Shown: piece by piece, positions 58,901-64,000 of the stretch
Numbering within the stretch: the stretch's first letter is position 1
Layout: every line of letters begins with the position of its first letter
Assembly: GCA_036785375.1 (NCBI GenBank)
Contig: JAWMAR010000512.1
Span: 682,001-746,000 of the forward strand
Length of the DNA: 64,000 nt
Direction: 5' to 3'
Origin: Leucoraja ocellata
Lineage: Eukaryota
Translations under genes and position numbers: made by a program
The notes under the pieces: generated by a model
Seen by the model: only the letters and a program-made list of their open reading frames with translations
The model's database searches: none
What the model was told of the DNA's origin: nothing

Positions 58901-61900
58901 TTTAATGGGTAGCCTGCTGACCCATCCAGCACGTGTGCAGTACAAATCCGCATCTCCTCCTTTAACCGGTGAAGTGACTGGGGAGGGAACCGGGGAAATG
59001 ACCGGGGTCCCTCTGGGTGGAGGTGGTGAAATATGCGAGCTAGGCACTGAACGCCATGGGTAGGCTGCGGGGGACACAGTCTGTGATAGTGTAGCAGCTG
59101 GCCCGGTAGTGGGAGGTTATACAAAATGCAAAACTTCTGGATGCGGAGTCGCAGGACGTGGTTTCTTCACTGGAAGGAGATGTTGATGATTGCGTCTGTA
59201 AATGGCTCTGTCCACGTTAACCAGGTAGGACCACGGTTGTTTGGCAGGGCTGTGGATGTGACCCAGATGGCCATCGCCCTTGTTGGTCTGGAGGTGAACC
59301 ACCTGTCTACTGGAGAGAGGTTTAAGTGGCTTACTGGATTTGTCGAAAAACCGTCTTTGTGTATCACGTTTGAATTGTAGTTGTTTCTGGACTGCGAGTG
59401 GAGAATGGACCTGTGGCTGCAAAAGCTGCTGGGGGACAGGCAGGGCAGCACGGGTTTGGCGAGACATCAGTTGTTGGCCTGGGGAACCCAGCATGGGATC
59501 CCTAGCAATGTTCCTTAAATTGAGCAGGTCCAGGTAGACATTAGATTTAGCAAGGTAGGAACGCTCCATTAGTTATTTTGCTCTTTGGATGGCTCGTTCA
59601 GCGAGTCCGTTGGACTGCGGAAACTCAGGGCTGCTGGTGATATGATATATCCCATCGTTGAGCAAAGCTTTTGAAAAGCTGTCTGGTGAACTGACTGCCA
59701 TTGTTGGATAGAACATGTGCAGGGGAACCGTGCACGGAGAAATGGCGTTGCAACTTCTAGATAACCACTTCAGATGTGATGGTTTGGAGTAGATCAGTGT
59801 CAAACCAGCCCAAATAAGAGTCGACAAGAACCAGATAGTGTTCCCATGCCATTCGAATATGTCGGTGGCTACCGTGGACCACAGTAGAGGAGGAACCGGG
59901 TGTGGCAGTAAGGGCTGCTTCTGCTGATGTGGCGTCAGGCTTTTGTAGATGGTGCAGATCTCAGTTTTGTCACGTATGTACTTGGTCATACCAGGCCAGT
60001 AAAACATGTTTTGTGCCCGTTGTAAGGTGGCCTCCATGCCGGGGTGCCCCCCTGTGGATGGTGTGGAAGTACTTGTCCTGGAGGACAGCTGGGACAACTG
60101 CCTTGTGGCCCTTGACTATAATCCCATCCTGTAACACCAGTTCATCGTGAACCAGGCAGTATGGGAGGATCGCGAATGGGGTGCTGTGTTGTTTATTCGG
60201 CCAGCCCCTCGGATGACTGCAGACAGTAATTGTAAAGTCACATCAGCAGCCGTGTGCTCTGCCAGGTTGCTTAGGCAATCATTAGGGACATATGATAACT
60301 TCATTACTGAGAACTGGTCCTGTTCAGAGAGTTGTTGTTCGCTGGTTTTGCGTGGGGCCCTTAATAGCGTGTCAGCTATGTGCATGTCCTTGCCTTTTTT
60401 ATAGGCAATGTTGAAATCAAAACACTGCAGCTGCATCATCATCTGTTGCAGGTAAGCCGGAGCAGTGTGAATGGGTTTATTCAAGATGTTGACCAGCAGC
60501 TGGTGGTCTGTTTCATAATCACAGACTTCCCAAATATAAAGTCTTTGAATCTCGTGCAGGCGAAAACCACTGCAAGTAATTATTTTTCAATCTGTGCGTA
60601 ACCTTATTCAGTATCAGTTAGTGTGCGAGAAGCATATGAAACAGGTTTGCAGTCGCCATCGGCAGTGGTCTGCAGGCAAGCAGCACCAAGTCCGTACTGG
60701 GACTCATTACATGTGAGCATTATGGGTAACTCCAAAGCAAAATAGATGAGGGTAGATGCGCTGGGCAGCTACAACTTGAGGCTATCGAAAGCTCTTTGGT
60801 GCTGCGGATACCAGGACCATGCAATGTCTTTGTGTGTCAGTTCCCTCAGGGGGGCAGATATATTGCTAAGGTTGGGAATAAATTTCCCCAGGTATTTGAC
60901 TATTCCAAGGAACCTTTGTAGAGTCGTAACGTCAGTAGGTGCTGGCACTTCATTGATAGCAGCTGTCTTCGATGGGTCTAGTCTGAGAACATCACTCATG
61001 AAAACATGTCCACATGACCCGAATCTTGCACTTCAGGGGATTGAGTTTGAGCTGGATGTCTTTGGCATGGTCCAGCACTTTCTTCAGATTAGCGTCATGC
61101 TCAGCCAAGTCACGCCCATAAATGATAATGTCATCAAAAATAATAACGCATGGATACCTCGAAAACATTTGTTCCATCGTGCGCTGGAAAACTTCGCTGG
61201 TGCCGAATGTAGTAAGGTTGGACGAGTCTGGCCCAAGCAGAATCGTCCAAAACAAACTTTTGGCATCCAGAATGGAGAACACTGATGCGTTACCTATTTG
61301 AGTGGCAACTTCCTCTACCGTTCGCATAGGGTAGTGTGGGCATTTGATAACTGTGTTGAGATCCCTGGGGTTTATGCAGATACGGATTTCCTCCTTGTTT
61401 TTTTCGTCACAACCACCATGGTGGAAACCCAGTCAGATGGGTCAGTAACTTCAGCAATGACACCCAGGGAGACCATCCGCTTAAGTTAATTGTGTACGCT
61501 GTCACGCATGGCATACGGAACACGACGTGGTGTTCGAACCACAGGAGTAATGTTGGGATCAACGGCGATGTTGTACTTGAGGGGCAGCTTGCCCAGCTCA
61601 CCGTTAAATAGTTCTCTGTATTGACAGAGTGGGGCCCTCAGCGGGAAAGTGTTGATGGACAGCGTGGCTAAAGTATTCTAGGCCTAGATCGTGGCATGTG
61701 TTGATACCAAGCAGAGTTTCAGAATCCCCCTTAACGATATAAAACTTTAGGGTATGAAGCTGCGAGTCTATGATGTAGTTTAAATTAGTTTGTACAAGTG
61801 GGTGTAGAACATCATCCCCGTAGGCCCGAAGCATGGCTGAGGCCTTTTCAATTTACGTGTGTTTAAAAACTCATATAACGAGATAACGTTGCATTTTGTG

Positions 61901-62000
61901 TCAGTATCAATCTTTGCGATCACAGGCCTATTATTCACAAACATGGTTACTTCAGGGTCAAGTTGCTCATTAGAGGAAGGGAAGAGAGAATGGATGGCTG
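58901..62000 (-). pseudogene. Gypsy pol pseudogene (protease, RT, RNase H, integrase)
   Basis: AKIDTDTKCNVI (PR); FSILDAKSLFW and IIFDDIIIYG (RT); YKKGKDMHIADTL (RH end); GHPGMEATLQRAQNMFYWPGM, WSTVATDIFEW and SSPEFPQSNGLAERAIQ (IN); TRAGWVSR tail. Confidence 0.93.
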
Positions 62001-62099
62001 AACTGTTATCTTCACTTTCAGAGAGCTGAGCGGAGGATGGCAGCTCAAGCTCTCGACTTTCGTTATCAGCAGACTCATGTTGTAACAGGTGCAAATACG

Positions 62100-62861
62100 G
62101 CCTTGAGATGGATTGAATCGCACGGGAATGGCAACATTTTGCAAAGTGGTTGAATTTCTTGCAGAAATGGCTAATTTTACCATAAGCAATTCAGAACTCC
62201 CGACCCGGAGCATGAGAATAGTTACAATTAGGACAGCGAGCAGCAGGCCTTCACTGCTGCCAGGCAGGGGAAGGCTGTGGATGCTTGTTATGACAGGTGA
62301 TGTCTGTAAGGTTAACACTATACGGGGAGCGCTGCCCAGAGGTCACAGACCTCTGGGCATGTTCGGCTTGATTAAGAGTCAGTTCAGTATTACGAAGCAA
62401 TTCATCTATCACCTTGTCATTAAGCATACCTCCAACAAATTTGTCGTGGATCAGTTCATCACATAAATCTCGAAAATGACAGCGGGCAGCCATGTGTTTC
62501 AAGTGGCTATTAAAACATTCTATCGACTCACCAACTTGTTACGTTCGATAATAGAGTTCGAGGGGAGGTCACACAGCTGTCTAAACTTTGCAAGCAGGAC
62601 AGCAGGATCATCAATAGTTTCTGCAGGCACTAGGATCTGTCTGTTTGCGTCTAAAACAGCATGCTCAAAAGTAAAATGGTCTGCACGTTTCATTGCCTCG
62701 GGATCAGCCAGGTTTAGTAGCACGGAAGCACGTACATCTGGAGGATCGTTGCGATGAACGATGCGAATGTAGTGAATGTAGTCGTGCTCAAAAAGTTGCC
62801 CGTGTTTAGCAATGTCGGAGTCAAAGATTAGAAGACTAGGACGGCGAGACGAGTTTGCCAT
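62100..62861 (-). pseudogene. Gypsy gag pseudogene
   Basis: MANSSRRPS..KFRQLCDLPSNSIIERNK; CHFRDLCDELIHDKFVGGM..ELLRNTELTLNQA; Cys/His knuckle ending NHFAKC near 62135. Confidence 0.85.
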
Positions 62862-62937
62862 GATAGTGATAACAGGCACATAAAACAAATGTTAAAAAAA
62901 ACAAAACCCAATAAACATGAACGGAGTAGTTAAGACT

Positions 62938-62952
62938 CACTTCTTGACACCA
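62938..62952 (-). promoter_or_regulatory. Primer-binding site, tRNA-Leu type
   Basis: Minus strand TGGTGTCAAGAAGTG directly after the 5' LTR. Complementary to the tRNA-Leu(CAA) 3' end CACUUCUGACACCA with one extra base. Confidence 0.8.
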
Positions 62953-63156
62953 TGTAATGAGTGGAGTCGTACACACATCAAAATACAAAACATATTTATT
63001 AAAGTCACTTACGGCATTGGTCTGCAGAGTATTACAGTACCTAACAGCTACTCAGAATGAATCACATAAGCAAGCTCTTGGTAATATAAATCCATATTAG
63101 GTGGAGCAACTACTAACAAGCACTACAATTGGTTAGTAGGAAATAACCAATCTGGA
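62953..63156 (-). repeat. 5' LTR of the Gypsy element
   Basis: Collinear with 57802-58003 at roughly 90 percent identity by eye. Outer terminus mutated (TCTGGA versus TCTACA). Confidence 0.9.
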
Positions 63157-63204
63157 TATATGTTGCCAGCCTTGCTGGTAACTATGGCAGCAATCCCTGA
63201 TGTT

Positions 63205-63492
63205 AAGATTTAGTTTTAGTTTTAGAGATCCGTGCCGACCAGTGATCCCTGCACATTAACACTATCCTACACACACTAGGGACAATTTCCACATACACCA
63301 AGCCAATTAACTTGCATATCTTTATGTTATTGGAGTATGGGAAGAAACTGAAGATCTCGGAGAAAACCCACGCACTCACGGGGAGAACGTACAAACTCCA
63401 TACCGACAGTACCCGAAGTGGGATTGAACCTGGGTCTCTGTTGCAGGAAACACTGTAAGGCAGCAACTCTAGCGCTGCCCCACCATGCCACC
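63205..63492 (-). mobile_element. V-SINE
   Basis: GAAGATCTCGGAGAAAACCCACGC, GGGATTGAACCTGGGTCTC. Confidence 0.9.
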
Positions 63493-64000
63493 CAGTGTTG
63501 TATTTGGATTCATTGTTGTCCTCCTAATAGACAAACAAGACCAATTCTTAACGAGTTGGTCTTCATTTATTGATTTCTTGGATTCATGTGGTGCAACAGT
63601 TTCGTAAAAAAAGTTTCAAGTATGAGTGAAAGATGATCAAGAATATAAAAAAGCATCTCCTTGTGGCGATTGGACAATCTCCCTCCTGCTTCACTTTCTT
63701 ACTTATTTATTTTCTTTACTATTTCCTTTTCTCTTTTTTTTTCACACACACTAGACTTTCCTCTATTCTTTATTATCTCGTTCTTTCTTATCTCTCTCTT
63801 TTAAAAAAAAGTAATTTGTACAGAGAATGTATTATGATAACATAATTTTGGGAACCTGTAAAAAGGTACCACTGTATTGTACTTACTTCTAATAAATAAA
63901 TAAATAAATAAATGAATAAAGATAATTCATTGTTGTAGGTGTAGAATCAACTGCGGCCACAAGTTCTAGGATTTTGCCTTTACCGAGGGCTTTCTCACTA

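Larger units (their letters stand above)
57802..63156 (-). mobile_element. Decayed full-length Ty3/Gypsy LTR retrotransposon (Mag/SURL-like gag knuckle)
   Basis: Two ~200-bp LTRs, PBS and PPT. gag-PR-RT-RH-IN order on the minus strand with many stops and frameshifts. Confidence 0.95.

Overview
Eukaryotic, repeat-dense DNA with no recognisable host protein-coding exon. It looks intronic or intergenic. The repeat complement (HE1/V-type SINEs with CR1/HER1-like tails, many CR1 3' fragments) points to a cartilaginous fish, probably a skate or ray (inference). Contents: >25 5'-truncated CR1 LINEs; ~20 tRNA-derived V-SINEs; Rex1/Babar-like LINE fragments and tails; Penelope-like (GIY-YIG) remnants plus many short, often palindromic Penelope termini carrying minimal hammerhead-ribozyme cores; PIF/Harbinger and hAT MITEs; a ~1 kb solo LTR; and a decayed full-length Gypsy element (57802-63156, minus) with a nested CR1. 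The most notable observation is a ~140-bp SINE-like retroposon (11901-12043 and 28796-28923) whose first 54 nt fold into a minimal, P4-less HDV/CPEB3-type self-cleaving ribozyme, followed by a Vingi-like (GAA)n tail and a 9-bp TSD. An internally deleted RTE derivative (48245-48667) also starts with an HDV-like motif. A ~650-bp segment bracketed by Penelope ends is duplicated in inverted orientation 35 kb away. Family names are assigned by eye from remembered motifs, not by database search, and most boundaries are approximate.
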